Assembly (NCBI GenBank): GCA_965223005.1
Contig: CBDCVK010000002.1
Span: 320,001 to 384,000, forward strand
DNA: 64,000 bases
Source: Terriglobia bacterium
GTDB lineage: Bacteria; Acidobacteriota; Terriglobia; JAJPHL01; JAPKYU01
Reading direction: 5' to 3'
Position 1 is the first letter of the stretch. Every line of letters begins with the position of its first letter. Shown one piece after another: positions 10,479-20,879 of this stretch. A model generated the notes under the pieces. It saw only the letters and a list, made by a program, of their open reading frames with translations. It had not been told where the DNA came from and did no database searches. The translations under genes and the position numbers were made by a program.

Positions 10479-11987
10479 ATGCCACATTTTCCAAGAGTTT
10501 GCTGGACTCTGGCGGCGGCTACGGCCGAGCGAGTGCTGGCACGTTCCAGGCAGATTCGGCCCCCTTCGGCCCGCTTCGTGGAGGTACGACTCGATTACCT
10601 GGAGAGCCCTGAGCAAGGGCCCAAGGTCATGCAGGCTCTCCGGCGCCGCCGGATTCCGGCCATTGCCACACTGCGCACCACTGTGGCCGAGGGGAAATAC
10701 TCAGGCTCGCTGGAAGAGCAACTGCGCATTCTGCAAGCGTGCGGAAAGGCCGGGGCCGACATTGTGGACCTGGAAATCGAGTCCGCCGAGCGGGCCGGAC
10801 GCGAGGCCGTCGCCCAGCTACGCCGAGATGCCCGCCTCCTGCTGTCTTTCCACGACTATCGACAGGCCCCAGAACCGGCGGAGGCTGTGCTTCGCCGGCT
10901 GACAGTGTTTCCCGCGGACCTGTACAAAGTCGTGGGCCGGAGTTGGCAGCACAGCGAAAACGTCGCGTTGCTGCGGCTGAATGCGGGTGGCCGCGGCAAG
11001 GGCAAAGTTCTGGCCTTTGCCCTGGGAGAGGTGGGCGTACCAACGAGGGTGCTATCGGTGGCCTGGGGCGCCCCGTTCACCTACGGAGCCCTCTCGAGCG
11101 ACGAAGCTGTAGCCGCGGGCCAATTGACCGGGCAGGAGTTGCTGGAACGCTACCGGCTGGGCCGTCTATCGAGCCGCACGGCGGTGTACGGGCTCATCGG
11201 CAACCCCGTGGCCCATTCCCTCTCCCCGGCGGTGCACAATGCCGCCTTTGCCGCCAGGCGACGCGATGCCGTCTACCTGCCGTTTCGCGTGGAGTCTCTG
11301 GGAGATTTCCTGGAAACGGTGGAGACCTACGGGCTGTCGGGATTCAGCATTACCCTGCCGCACAAGGAAGCGATGGCGTGCGCCGCCACACGGGTGGATC
11401 CCGAAGCACGGGAAGTGGGCGCGATCAACACCATTGTCCGGCGCGGCGGAAAGCTGCTCGGCTTCAACACGGACCTGACGGGAATCACCATCCCGCTGGA
11501 GAAGCGCTTGCGGTTGGCCGGCGCGCGAGTGCTGGTGGCCGGCGCCGGGGGCGCAGCGCGCGCGGCCGCCTTTGCCCTGGCACGGAGGCAGGCGCGAGTG
11601 ACGGTTGTGGCCCGGCGCCCCGAGCAGGCCGCCGAGCTGGCACAGCAGGTGGATGCCGAAGTGGTGGAGCGCAATGTACTTTCCACCGAGCGGTTTGACG
11701 CCATCATTCACGCCACTCCGCTGGGGATGCATCCGGATACCGAAGCTTGTTTCTTCAGCCCCGGCGAACTGAATGCACGAGTCGTGTTCGATACCGTGTA
11801 CAACCCCCTCGAGACCAAACTGGTCCGAATGGCCCGGCAGCGGCGCATCCAAATCATTACCGGCCTGGAGATGTTCCTGGAACAGGCAGCGAGGCAATTC
11901 GAACTGTGGAGGGGAGAGAAAGCTCCCCGCTCTGTCATGCAACGGGCCGCCTTTTGCGCCCTGGGAGGAAAGCCGCCTTGGTGGTGA
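10479..11987 (+). CDS. aroE: Bifunctional type I 3-dehydroquinate dehydratase / shikimate dehydrogenase (AroD-AroE fusion)
   Basis: N-terminal EVRLD, SFHDY, AAGQ (DHQase I); C-terminal GNPVAHSLSP, TLPHKE, GAINT, NTD, GAGGAA, DTVYNP. Confidence 0.92.
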   Translation: MPHFPRVCWTLAAATAERVLARSRQIRPPSARFVEVRLDYLESPEQGPKVMQALRRRRIPAIATLRTTVAEGKYSGSLEEQLRILQACGKAGADIVDLEIESAERAGREAVAQLRRDARLLLSFHDYRQAPEPAEAVLRRLTVFPADLYKVVGRSWQHSENVALLRLNAGGRGKGKVLAFALGEVGVPTRVLSVAWGAPFTYGALSSDEAVAAGQLTGQELLERYRLGRLSSRTAVYGLIGNPVAHSLSPAVHNAAFAARRRDAVYLPFRVESLGDFLETVETYGLSGFSITLPHKEAMACAATRVDPEAREVGAINTIVRRGGKLLGFNTDLTGITIPLEKRLRLAGARVLVAGAGGAARAAAFALARRQARVTVVARRPEQAAELAQQVDAEVVERNVLSTERFDAIIHATPLGMHPDTEACFFSPGELNARVVFDTVYNPLETKLVRMARQRRIQIITGLEMFLEQAARQFELWRGEKAPRSVMQRAAFCALGGKPPWW

Positions 11988-13453
11988 CGCCCGATCTGAA
12001 AACCTTCCTGGAATGCGCGCAGCGAGGCAACGTCATTCCCGTCTACAAGGCGGTGCTGGCGGACACGCTCACGCCGGTGTCGGCCTACCTGCTCCTGTCG
12101 CGCGGCTGCCGCTATTCCTTCTTGCTGGAAAGCGTGGAAGGAGGCGAACGCGTCGGCCGCTACACCTTCCTTGGCACGGACCCGTACTTAGTGCTGCGTG
12201 CCCGGGGTGAACGGGTCGAGCTGGAGAGCCGGGGCGCTCGCCGCCGCCGGGGCCGCCTACTCGATCTGTTGCGCGAGATCACCTCGCGGTATCGGCCGGT
12301 GGCAGTCCCCGGGCTCCCACCGTTCGCTGGGGGCGGGGTGGGGTATCTCGGCTACGATCTGGTCCGCCAGTTCGAGCGCTTGCCTCCGCCCCCCCGCGAT
12401 GACGTTGGCTTGCCCGACGCCCTGTTGATGTTCTTTTCCAAATTGTTGGTGTTCGACCACGTCAAGCACCAAATTCTGATCATCGCCAACGTCTTCCTGG
12501 ACCAGGGACAGCACGACGCGGAGAGCCGCTACCGCGCCGCCCAGAAGGAGATCGAGCGGATGGAAAAGCGTCTGGCCGGTGCAGCGCGCCCCTTAAAGGA
12601 AACGCGCAGCCGGAAACCGCTGCGCGTCCGATCCAAGTTCTCCCGGCCAGACTTTGAGCGTGCGGTGGAACGAGCCAAAGAGTACATCAGCGCCGGCGAC
12701 ATTTTTCAGGTGGTCCTTTCACTGCGCCTGCAGACGCGCATTTCGAAGGCGCCGTTCTCCATCTACCGCGCCCTGCGCATGGTCAATCCCTCGCCCTACA
12801 TGTTTTTCCTCAACCTCGGAGGCGACACGGTCCTGGGTTCCTCGCCGGAGATGCTGGTGAAGGTGCAGGAGCGCTCGGTCGAATACCGGCCCATTGCCGG
12901 GACCCGTCGCCGGGGGGCCACCGAAGAGGAAGACCGCTCGCTGGAACAGGAGATGACACACGACGAGAAAGAGCGTGCCGAGCACATTATGCTGGTGGAC
13001 CTGGGCCGCAATGACCTGGGCCGGGTGTGCGAATTCGGCTCCGTCGAGGTGACCGACCTGATGTCGGTCGAGCGCTACTCCCACGTCATGCACCTGGTCT
13101 CCAGCATCCGCGGCACCCTGCGACCGGGGCTGGATATGTACGACGCGCTGGCCGCTTGTTTTCCAGCCGGAACCGTTTCCGGCGCGCCCAAAGTGCGCGC
13201 CATGGAAATTATCCGCGAGCTGGAGCCAACCCACCGCGGCATTTACTCCGGCAGCGTGTTCTACTTGGATTTCTCCGGCAACCTGAACTCCTGCATCGCG
13301 ATTCGCACCATGGTGGTCCGTCGTGGCAACGCTTACATTCAGGTGGGCGCCGGCATTGTGGCCGACTCCTCACCGGCGCGCGAATACGAGGAGTGCATGA
13401 GTAAGGGCCGCGCCTTGTTGAATGCCATCGAAATCGCCCACGCCGGACTGTAG
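11984..13453 (+). CDS. trpE: Anthranilate synthase component I
   Basis: GTGA overlap with the aroDE stop and GGAGG SD; LLESVEGG, GDIFQVV, NPSPYM, PIAGT, AEHIMLVDLGRND, GTVSGAPK. Confidence 0.93.
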   Translation: MTPDLKTFLECAQRGNVIPVYKAVLADTLTPVSAYLLLSRGCRYSFLLESVEGGERVGRYTFLGTDPYLVLRARGERVELESRGARRRRGRLLDLLREITSRYRPVAVPGLPPFAGGGVGYLGYDLVRQFERLPPPPRDDVGLPDALLMFFSKLLVFDHVKHQILIIANVFLDQGQHDAESRYRAAQKEIERMEKRLAGAARPLKETRSRKPLRVRSKFSRPDFERAVERAKEYISAGDIFQVVLSLRLQTRISKAPFSIYRALRMVNPSPYMFFLNLGGDTVLGSSPEMLVKVQERSVEYRPIAGTRRRGATEEEDRSLEQEMTHDEKERAEHIMLVDLGRNDLGRVCEFGSVEVTDLMSVERYSHVMHLVSSIRGTLRPGLDMYDALAACFPAGTVSGAPKVRAMEIIRELEPTHRGIYSGSVFYLDFSGNLNSCIAIRTMVVRRGNAYIQVGAGIVADSSPAREYEECMSKGRALLNAIEIAHAGL

Positions 13454-13494
13454 CGGTCTAAAACTGCAAACTGAAGACTTGGGGCCAGGATTCG

Positions 13495-14067
13495 ATGATC
13501 TTCGTGCTCGATAACTACGATTCGTTCACCTACAACCTGGTGCAATACCTGGGCGAATTAGGCCAGCAGCTCGCGGTACACCGCAATGATCAAGTGACGG
13601 TAGGTGAGATCGAGCGGATGAACCCGGAGCGGATCGTCATTTCCCCTGGACCCTGCACGCCGCGGGAAGCCGGCATCAGCATTGAGCTAGTCCGCCACTT
13701 CGCGGGAAAGAAGCCGGTGCTCGGGGTCTGCCTGGGGCATCAGGCAATCGGTGAGGCCTTTGGGGGAAAAGTCGTCCGGGCGCCCTACCTAATGCACGGC
13801 AAGCTCAGCCAGATCCACCACGACGGCCGCACCGTTTTTCGCGGCCTGCCCCAGGATTTCGCCGCCACCCGCTATCACTCATTGATCGTGGAGAAGGACA
13901 ATCTCCCCGAAGAACTGGAGGTCTCCGCCACCACCTCGGACGGACTCATCATGGGTCTGCGCCACCGCCGCTTCCCGATCGAAGGCGTGCAGTTCCACCC
14001 CGAATCCATCCTGACCGACGTCGGCAAGCAACTGCTGCAAAATTTCCTTGAACCTGTAAGGGAGTGA
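13495..14067 (+). CDS. trpG: Anthranilate synthase component II (glutamine amidotransferase)
   Basis: [32 protein letters not shown]. Confidence 0.93.
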   Translation: MIFVLDNYDSFTYNLVQYLGELGQQLAVHRNDQVTVGEIERMNPERIVISPGPCTPREAGISIELVRHFAGKKPVLGVCLGHQAIGEAFGGKVVRAPYLMHGKLSQIHHDGRTVFRGLPQDFAATRYHSLIVEKDNLPEELEVSATTSDGLIMGLRHRRFPIEGVQFHPESILTDVGKQLLQNFLEPVRE

Positions 14068-14118
14068 AGTTTGTTTCGGGCTGCCGGGTAGTTTTCGCGA
14101 GAGGTGAGTCCCTTTCAC

Positions 14119-15186
14119 CTATTGCCCGGTGCTGGCCGCTGCTCTTTGGCTGAATTCAACCAGAGCCTTAAGCTTTGCCAGTGCGGCTCCGGAATCGAGC
14201 GACTGGCGAGCCAGCTCCATCGCCTGGGAGAAATTTTCACCGCGCCCGGCGGCGACCAGAGCGGCGGCGGCGTTCACCAGCACCACGTCCCGGTGTGGTC
14301 CGGCCTCCCCATCCAGAACCTGATGCACCAGGAGCGCGTTTTCCTTTGCGTCTCCGCCTGCCAAGTCCTCCGGCCGCGCGCGTGATACCCCAAAATCCTC
14401 AGGCGCCACCCAGTAGGTTTCCACTCCTGCATCAGAAACTTCGGCGACCAGCGTGCGGGCGGTGGTGGTGATCTCGTCCAGTCCGTCGTCGCCGTGCACC
14501 ACGAAGCCGCGACGCAACCCCAGCTCCCGCAGCGCGCTGGCTACCTTGCGCACCACCGCCTTCTCGTACACTCCAACGATCTGCGCAGTGGCCCCGGCGG
14601 GATTCGTCAGCGGGCCGAGCATGTTGAAGACCGTTCGCAACTGCAACTGCTTCCGGGCAGGCGCGGCATACTTCATCGCCGTGTGGACCGCCGGGGCGAA
14701 CAGAAACCCGATGCCGACCGTGCGGATGGCTTCTCTCATGCGAGCGGGCGGCAAGTCAATGTTCACTCCCAACTGCTCCACGACGTCGGCGCTGCCGCAG
14801 CGGCTGGTGACCGACCGGTTGCCATGTTTGGCGACTCGCACGCCCGCGCCGGCCACCGTCAACGCAGTGGCGGTGGAAATGTTGAAGGTGCTGCTGGCGT
14901 CTCCGCCCGTGCCGCAGGTGTCCACCAGCGCGTCCCGCTCGGTGCCTGCTAGGTACTCTTCGGCTCCTGCGCCGCCCAAGGGAGCTGCCCGCTCGCGGAT
15001 GGCCAGTGCAAAGCCGACCAACTCCTCCACCGTTTCTCCCTTCATGGTCAAGGCGGTGACGAAGGCGGCGATCTGCGCGTCGGTAGCTTTGCCCTCCAGC
15101 ACCTCTTCCATCACCTCGCGAGCTTCCCCGCGAGTCAGGCCCGCCTTGCGGTGGACGATTCGGTGCAACGCTTCCAGCAGCTTCAT
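14119..15186 (-). CDS. trpD: Anthranilate phosphoribosyltransferase
   Basis: [45 protein letters not shown]. Start placed at ATG 15186. Confidence 0.95.
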   Translation of the reverse strand: MKLLEALHRIVHRKAGLTRGEAREVMEEVLEGKATDAQIAAFVTALTMKGETVEELVGFALAIRERAAPLGGAGAEEYLAGTERDALVDTCGTGGDASSTFNISTATALTVAGAGVRVAKHGNRSVTSRCGSADVVEQLGVNIDLPPARMREAIRTVGIGFLFAPAVHTAMKYAAPARKQLQLRTVFNMLGPLTNPAGATAQIVGVYEKAVVRKVASALRELGLRRGFVVHGDDGLDEITTTARTLVAEVSDAGVETYWVAPEDFGVSRARPEDLAGGDAKENALLVHQVLDGEAGPHRDVVLVNAAAALVAAGRGENFSQAMELARQSLDSGAALAKLKALVEFSQRAAASTGQ

Positions 15187-15204
15187 GGTCAGAAAAAAGC
15201 TCTG

Positions 15205-15238
15205 TGCTATACTGCTCGCTCTCCGCGCGTTCATTATA
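15205..15238. promoter_or_regulatory. Putative face-to-face -10 elements for sucC (+, TGCTATACT 15205-15213) and trpD (-, TATAAT 15233-15238)
   Basis: Near-consensus sigma70 -10 hexamers on opposite strands within the 69-bp divergent gap. Confidence 0.45.
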
Positions 15239-15255
15239 TAGCAGACCCTGAAGCC

Positions 15256-16449
15256 GTGAAGATTCACGAATATCAAGCCAAAGAACTCCTCAGGCGCTTC
15301 GATGTTCCGGTGCCTCGCGGTGAGGTGGCGGAGTCAGCTCAGCAGGCCGGAGAAATCGCTCAGCGGCTGGGCGGACCGGTGGTGGTCAAGGCGCAGATTC
15401 ACGCCGGCGGGCGCGGGAAAGGCGGCGGTGTCAAGCTGGCCTCGAGTGTCGCGGAGACCCGGGAAATCGCCGCGGGCATGCTAGGCACGAAGCTGGTAAC
15501 GCACCAGACCGGCCCCGAGGGCCGGGAGGTGCGGCGCGTACTGGTGGAAGAAACCCTGCCTATCCAAAGCGAACTGTATCTGGGTGTGGTGGTGGACCGC
15601 GCGCGCGCTTGCCCGGTCTTCATGGCCAGTTCGGCCGGCGGGGTGGAAATTGAGGAAGTGGCAGCCAAAACACCAGAACGGATCTTGCTGGAGCCCGTTG
15701 ATGTGGGCCTGGGTCTGCAGCCGTTTCAGGCCCGCAAGCTGGCGTTTGGCCTGGGGTTGCCGGAAGGCCTGCATCGCCCCGCGGTCCGATTGATGACCGC
15801 CCTGGCCCGATCTTTCCTGGAGACGGATGCTTCTCTGGCCGAAATCAACCCTCTGATTGTGACCGCCCCGATTGTAACCAGTAACAATGGGAACGAGGAA
15901 GCGCGACTTGTGGCGCTGGACGCCAAGATTAATTTCGACGACAACGCCCTCCATCGCCACAAAGAGTTCCTGCTCCTGCGTGACCTGAACGAGGAGGAGC
16001 CGCTGGAGATTGAAGCTGGCCGATACGGGCTCAGCTACATCAAGCTGGACGGCAACGTGGGTTGCATGGTCAACGGAGCGGGGTTGGCCATGGCCACCAT
16101 GGATATCATCCAGTACGCCGGAGGCAGCCCGGCCAATTTCCTGGACGTGGGAGGTGGGGCGAGCGCCGAGCAGGTAACGCACGCGTTTAAGATTCTGCTA
16201 TTGGACCAGAATGTACAGGCTGTACTCATCAACATCTTCGGCGGCATTCTACGGTGCGACCGGCTGGCACGGGGCGTGGTGCAGGCGGCAAAGGCGGTGG
16301 CCGTTCAGGTGCCGGTGGTGGTGCGGTTGGAAGGCACCAATGTGGAGCAAGGCCGCACCATCCTGCGCGAGTCGGGCTTGAACTTCACCGTGGCCGACGA
16401 CATGAAAGACGCGGCAGGGAAAGTCGTAGCCTTGGCCGCGGGCCGGTAG
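15256..16449 (+). CDS. sucC: Succinyl-CoA synthetase beta subunit
   Basis: GTG start [10 protein letters not shown]; [15 protein letters not shown]; [11 protein letters not shown]; ANFLDVGGG; NIFGGI. Confidence 0.97.
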   Translation: MKIHEYQAKELLRRFDVPVPRGEVAESAQQAGEIAQRLGGPVVVKAQIHAGGRGKGGGVKLASSVAETREIAAGMLGTKLVTHQTGPEGREVRRVLVEETLPIQSELYLGVVVDRARACPVFMASSAGGVEIEEVAAKTPERILLEPVDVGLGLQPFQARKLAFGLGLPEGLHRPAVRLMTALARSFLETDASLAEINPLIVTAPIVTSNNGNEEARLVALDAKINFDDNALHRHKEFLLLRDLNEEEPLEIEAGRYGLSYIKLDGNVGCMVNGAGLAMATMDIIQYAGGSPANFLDVGGGASAEQVTHAFKILLLDQNVQAVLINIFGGILRCDRLARGVVQAAKAVAVQVPVVVRLEGTNVEQGRTILRESGLNFTVADDMKDAAGKVVALAAGR

Positions 16450-16491
16450 CCGGGCGCGGGCCGACTTGGACCTTGGGCTTTGGACTAAAGC

Positions 16492-17382
16492 ATGAGCATT
16501 TTGGTGGACGAACACACACGGTTGCTGGTTCAAGGACTCACTGGACGTGAGGGGACCTTCCACACCCAGCAGGCCGTCGCCTACGGAACCAAGGTCGTTG
16601 GCGGCGTGACTCCCGGCAAGGGAGGAACCAGACACGAGGGCGTTCCGGTCTTTCACACGGTGGCCGAAGCGGTGCGGCAAACAGGCGCCAATGTCTCGGT
16701 GATTTTTGTTCCTGCGTCCTACGCCGCCGACGCCATCCTGGAGGCAGCCGAGGCCGGGCTGCCGCTGGTGGTCTGCATTACCGAAGGCATCCCGACGCTG
16801 GACATGGTCCGCGTCCGCGCCTTTTTGGAAAAACACTCCACCCGGCTGATTGGCCCCAACTGCCCCGGCATCATTTCACCGGGCAAATGCAAGATCGGCA
16901 TCATGCCCGGGCACATCCACAAGCCGGGCCGCGTGGGCGTGGTGTCGCGCAGCGGCACGCTGACCTACGAGGCAGTCCACCAGCTCAGCGGGCTGGGCAT
17001 CGGACAGTCCACCTGCATCGGCATTGGTGGAGACCCGATCATTGGGACCAGCTTCCTGGATGCCGTCCGGTTATTCAATGACGACCCAGAAACCGAGGCC
17101 ATCGTGCTGATCGGGGAAATCGGCGGCAGTGCCGAAGAGACCGCCGCGGCGTTCATCCGGGAGCACGTCCGCAAGCCGGTGGTGGGCTTTGTGGCCGGAC
17201 AGACCGCGCCGCCCGGCCGGCGCATGGGGCATGCCGGCGCCATCATTGCCGGGGGGCAGGGCACTGCCGCGGAAAAGATTCGCGCGCTGGAGTCTGCGGG
17301 CATTCAGGTGGCCAAAACACCGGCCGTGATCGGCGAAGCGGTCGCCGCCGCGCTGCGGGCGCGCTCCGCCATGGCGCAGTGA
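16492..17382 (+). CDS. sucD: Succinyl-CoA synthetase alpha subunit
   Basis: [37 protein letters not shown] phospho-His. Confidence 0.97.
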   Translation: MSILVDEHTRLLVQGLTGREGTFHTQQAVAYGTKVVGGVTPGKGGTRHEGVPVFHTVAEAVRQTGANVSVIFVPASYAADAILEAAEAGLPLVVCITEGIPTLDMVRVRAFLEKHSTRLIGPNCPGIISPGKCKIGIMPGHIHKPGRVGVVSRSGTLTYEAVHQLSGLGIGQSTCIGIGGDPIIGTSFLDAVRLFNDDPETEAIVLIGEIGGSAEETAAAFIREHVRKPVVGFVAGQTAPPGRRMGHAGAIIAGGQGTAAEKIRALESAGIQVAKTPAVIGEAVAAALRARSAMAQ

Positions 17383-17421
17383 GTCGAGTTTGTACTCTGA
17401 AGTTTTCAAGTGAGGCACAGG

Positions 17422-17856
17422 ATGGCGAACGTTGAACGCACATTGAGCATCATCAAGCCGGATGCGGTTAGCGGTGGCTTCATCGGCAACATCATCCAGC
17501 GGCTGGAGCAGGAGAAGTTCCGAATCGTGGCCATGAAAATGGTGCGGCTTTCGTTGCCCGAGGCCGAAGGCTTTTACGCCGTGCACCGCCAGCGTCCGTT
17601 TTTCTCTAGCCTCACCCGCTTCATGACCGAGGACCGGGTGGTGGTCATCGTGCTCGAAGCTGAGGACGCCATCCGGCGGCTGCGCGAAGTGATGGGAGCG
17701 ACCAACCCGGCGCAGGCTGCCGAAGGCACCCTGCGCAAGCTCTACGGCTCTTCGATCGAGCGCAACGTCATTCACGGCTCCGACGCCCCCGAGACCGCCC
17801 GCTTCGAAATCGGTTACTTCTTCAACGCACTGGAAATCTTCGACTCCTCGGGATAA
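17422..17856 (+). CDS. ndk: Nucleoside diphosphate kinase
   Basis: ERTLSIIKPD, MGATNP, GTLR, NVIHGSD. Confidence 0.95.
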   Translation: MANVERTLSIIKPDAVSGGFIGNIIQRLEQEKFRIVAMKMVRLSLPEAEGFYAVHRQRPFFSSLTRFMTEDRVVVIVLEAEDAIRRLREVMGATNPAQAAEGTLRKLYGSSIERNVIHGSDAPETARFEIGYFFNALEIFDSSG

Positions 17857-17937
17857 GGTCCAAAGCCGAAAGTCCAAGACCGGCGAACGGCGTGCTCTTG
17901 GTTTAGACTTTGGACGTTGGATACTTTGGACTTTTCC

Positions 17938-19323
17938 ATGGCAGAGCAATTAACCCTCGACTGGACGCGGATTCCGGAGCGGACCGTCTACACGGTCACG
18001 GACTTGACGGCGCGGATCCGGGAGCTGCTGGAAGGCGAATTCGGCGAGGTGTGGGTGCAGGGCGAGATCTCCAACTGCAAGCCTGCCCCTTCCGGCCACT
18101 TTTACTTCACGTTGAAGGACCAGGGCGCGCAGTTGCGGGCCGTGTTGTTCAAGAACGCGCTGCGTCTGGTGAAGTTCAAGCCGAAGAACGGGCTGGCCGT
18201 GACCGCGCGCGGCCGCGTCAGCGTGTACGACCCGCGGGGCGAGTACCAGCTCATCGTCGAATACCTGGAGCCGGCCGGCTACGGCGCGCTGCAACTAGCC
18301 TTCGAGCAGCTCAAGACGCAGCTTGCGGCCGAGGGCCTGTTCGACTCGGCGCGGAAGAAGCCGCTGCCGATGCTGCCCCAGCGCATCGGGCTGATCACCT
18401 CGCCGCGGGGCGCGGTGATCGCTGACATGCTGCGCATCCTGCGGCGTCGCTTCGAGAACCTCCACCTGCTGCTCTACCCGGTGCGCGTGCAGGGCGAGGC
18501 CGCTGCCGGCGAAATTGTGGAAGCCCTCCACTACTTCAACCTGCCACCCAATCGCCAGGTGCACGGCCCGGTGGACGTGCTGATTCTGGCCCGCGGCGGA
18601 GGTTCGCTCGAAGACCTCTGGGCGTTCAACGAAGAACAGGTGGCGCGGGCGATTGCCCAGTCCCGAGTCCCGGTGATCTCCGCGGTGGGGCACGAGACCG
18701 ACGTCACTATTTCGGATTTTGTAGCGGACCTCCGCGCGCCCACTCCTTCGGCTGCAGCGGAGCTGGTAGTTCAGACCAAGGCGCAACTGGTTGAACGCAT
18801 CGCGGTGTTCCAGCAAAGCTTGCGGGAGCGCGTCGCCTTCCGCCTGCTGGGTCTCCGGCACCGCTTGGGGGAACTGGCGCGCCATCGCGCTTTCGAGAGC
18901 GTCGCCCGCCTGGTCCGGCTCCAGATGCAACGCACCGACGAGCTAGCCTACCGGCTGACGGAGCTAGCCCGTGGCCAGGTTGCTGACCGACTGCGGCGTC
19001 TGCAAGCCGTGCAGGGACGCCTGAGCCGCCTGGAGGTCAGGCGGCGGCTGGAGAGTGACCGCGCCCGGACGGCCGCCGCCGCGGCCGCCCTTCACCACGC
19101 GCTGCGCCGGCAACTGGACTGGCGCGCCGCCCGCCTGCAATCGCTGCTGGCGCAGTTGGGAGACCTGAGCCCGCTCAACGTGCTGGAGCGCGGCTATGCG
19201 CTGGCCTACGGCCCCGACGGCCGCCTGCTGCGCGATGCAGCCCGGGTGCGGCCCGGCGATGAAGTAGCTGTGCGCTTGGCTCGGGGCCGCCTCACCGCCG
19301 AAGTGAAAAAAAGGGAGCAGTAG
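17938..19323 (+). CDS. xseA: Exodeoxyribonuclease VII large subunit
   Basis: VWVQGEISN, GHFYFTLKD, ARGGGSLEDLWAFN, VGHETD, ADLRAPTPSAAAE, LERGYA. Confidence 0.96.
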   Translation: MAEQLTLDWTRIPERTVYTVTDLTARIRELLEGEFGEVWVQGEISNCKPAPSGHFYFTLKDQGAQLRAVLFKNALRLVKFKPKNGLAVTARGRVSVYDPRGEYQLIVEYLEPAGYGALQLAFEQLKTQLAAEGLFDSARKKPLPMLPQRIGLITSPRGAVIADMLRILRRRFENLHLLLYPVRVQGEAAAGEIVEALHYFNLPPNRQVHGPVDVLILARGGGSLEDLWAFNEEQVARAIAQSRVPVISAVGHETDVTISDFVADLRAPTPSAAAELVVQTKAQLVERIAVFQQSLRERVAFRLLGLRHRLGELARHRAFESVARLVRLQMQRTDELAYRLTELARGQVADRLRRLQAVQGRLSRLEVRRRLESDRARTAAAAAALHHALRRQLDWRAARLQSLLAQLGDLSPLNVLERGYALAYGPDGRLLRDAARVRPGDEVAVRLARGRLTAEVKKREQ

Positions 19324-19370
19324 CACTGTAGGGACAGGTGCCCTCGCCTGACCAAAGCTCTCATCGACTC

Positions 19371-20879
19371 TCAGCGCGGCAATGGAAATACGGGCAGCTC
19401 CGGAATGGCGCTGCTGGCGGCGCCCGCGCCTTGCGGTGGCTGCAGCAACTCGTTGTGGCGGATGGCGCGAGGGAAGGGGGCGTCGGTACTCATGGCAAAG
19501 CCCAGGGAAGCGCGGCGCGAGAGGCTGCCGTGCGAACTTTGGAGCTCGACGAAATGCTCGAACCAACCACGGCCAAGGTAGTACCCGTCGGCCAGACTCA
19601 CCAGCAGGTCGGCGCGGTTCTCGACCAGGCCCAGCGGGGGGTCCTGCATCGAATGCCACAGCCGGAACAGCGCATCTGGATATGGACCTTTCAGAGTCGC
19701 GCTGAATAGCTCTTCTTCGAGGGCAAAGCCGGCTGAGTTTAGCTTGCCAGCCTCCTCCAACTGATTCCACAGCGGCAGCAGGCGGAGCGGGTCGCCGCGT
19801 TCGGCGCGATAGAGGAAGCGCGCTCTGTCTGCGTCGGCTTGAACTGTCGCTTCTCCATTGCGGGATTGGATGCGCACCAGTTCCCCGTCGCGATAGACAA
19901 CGGCTTCGACCCCTTCCGTCGCGGCCAGCACGCGCGCCGCTTCCGGCACCACTGCGGGATCGGCGTAGACCGCGGCGAAGCTCACCAGCCCAAATTCCGG
20001 AATGGCGACCGCGAGCGGCTCGTCAAGCTGCTCTTGCACCTGGAATCCAGCCTGTTCCAGCGATTCACGCAGGGGTGCCGGCCGGCCGGGCACCAGGTCG
20101 TTGCCATGGTCGGAGAACATTACGATTCGCAGCTTGCCCGCGGCTTCGAAGTAGAGGTCGCGTAGCAGCGCTTCCAGCTCCTCGAGCAGTGCTCGCACTT
20201 CACCGGAGGGCAGAACGTGGTACATCGCATCAGTGCTGGACATGTGGGCAACATAGACGGGAGTGCGTGAAGCCAGGAACCGCTTGCATAGCCGCCCCAG
20301 GTCTGCCCGAAAGGCCTTCCGGGACACGACGAAGTGGATGCCCTTGAAAATTGCGGGCGCGTCGTAGTCTAGCTTCTTCAGGTAGGGCGACGATTGCTGC
20401 AAGGTAACGCGGATGCCCCCGGTCACTTTTCCTTGGCCGCGGTCGAAATACTCGTTCTCGTAGCCGGGAACGGGCGCCGCGTGCAGCAGCGCCGTTATGG
20501 CGGTCTCGGAATCCGAAGGAAAGGTGCTGACCATCTGCACCGGCGTGAAAAATTCCCTGAAGTGCCCCTGGTCCCAGAGATTGCGCATTTGGGAATACGG
20601 CACGCCGTCGAGGCACAGGATCAGCAGACGGCTATCGGCCGTGGCGGCAGTGGGGCGCACGAAGAAGCCACTGGCCTGGCTGAACCGGTCGTAGACGCCA
20701 TCGCCGTCCAGGTCGGCGGCCTGAATCTGCCGCCCGTCGGAGGCGCGCCATCGGTGCTCCCCGGCCGGGTGGAACACCTTCGGGACAGGCTGTCCCCAGC
20801 GATGGATGTGCAAGGCGATATAGCCGGCGAGAATCGCCAGTAGCAGCGCGGCAGCGCGCCACCGGGCGGCTCTGCTCAT
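19371..20879 (-). CDS. Alkaline phosphatase / nucleotide pyrophosphatase superfamily protein, N-terminally anchored
   Basis: LILCLDGVPY, STFPSDS, MFSDHG and SSHG metal-site pattern; DLDGDG Ca-binding-like loop; ATGA overlap with the upstream gene. Confidence 0.7.
   Translation of the reverse strand: MSRAARWRAAALLLAILAGYIALHIHRWGQPVPKVFHPAGEHRWRASDGRQIQAADLDGDGVYDRFSQASGFFVRPTAATADSRLLILCLDGVPYSQMRNLWDQGHFREFFTPVQMVSTFPSDSETAITALLHAAPVPGYENEYFDRGQGKVTGGIRVTLQQSSPYLKKLDYDAPAIFKGIHFVVSRKAFRADLGRLCKRFLASRTPVYVAHMSSTDAMYHVLPSGEVRALLEELEALLRDLYFEAAGKLRIVMFSDHGNDLVPGRPAPLRESLEQAGFQVQEQLDEPLAVAIPEFGLVSFAAVYADPAVVPEAARVLAATEGVEAVVYRDGELVRIQSRNGEATVQADADRARFLYRAERGDPLRLLPLWNQLEEAGKLNSAGFALEEELFSATLKGPYPDALFRLWHSMQDPPLGLVENRADLLVSLADGYYLGRGWFEHFVELQSSHGSLSRRASLGFAMSTDAPFPRAIRHNELLQPPQGAGAASSAIPELPVFPLPR

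Noticed and set aside
11747-11983. N-terminal extension of TrpE
   Set aside because: It overlaps aroDE. The SD and GTGA overlap support the start at 11984.
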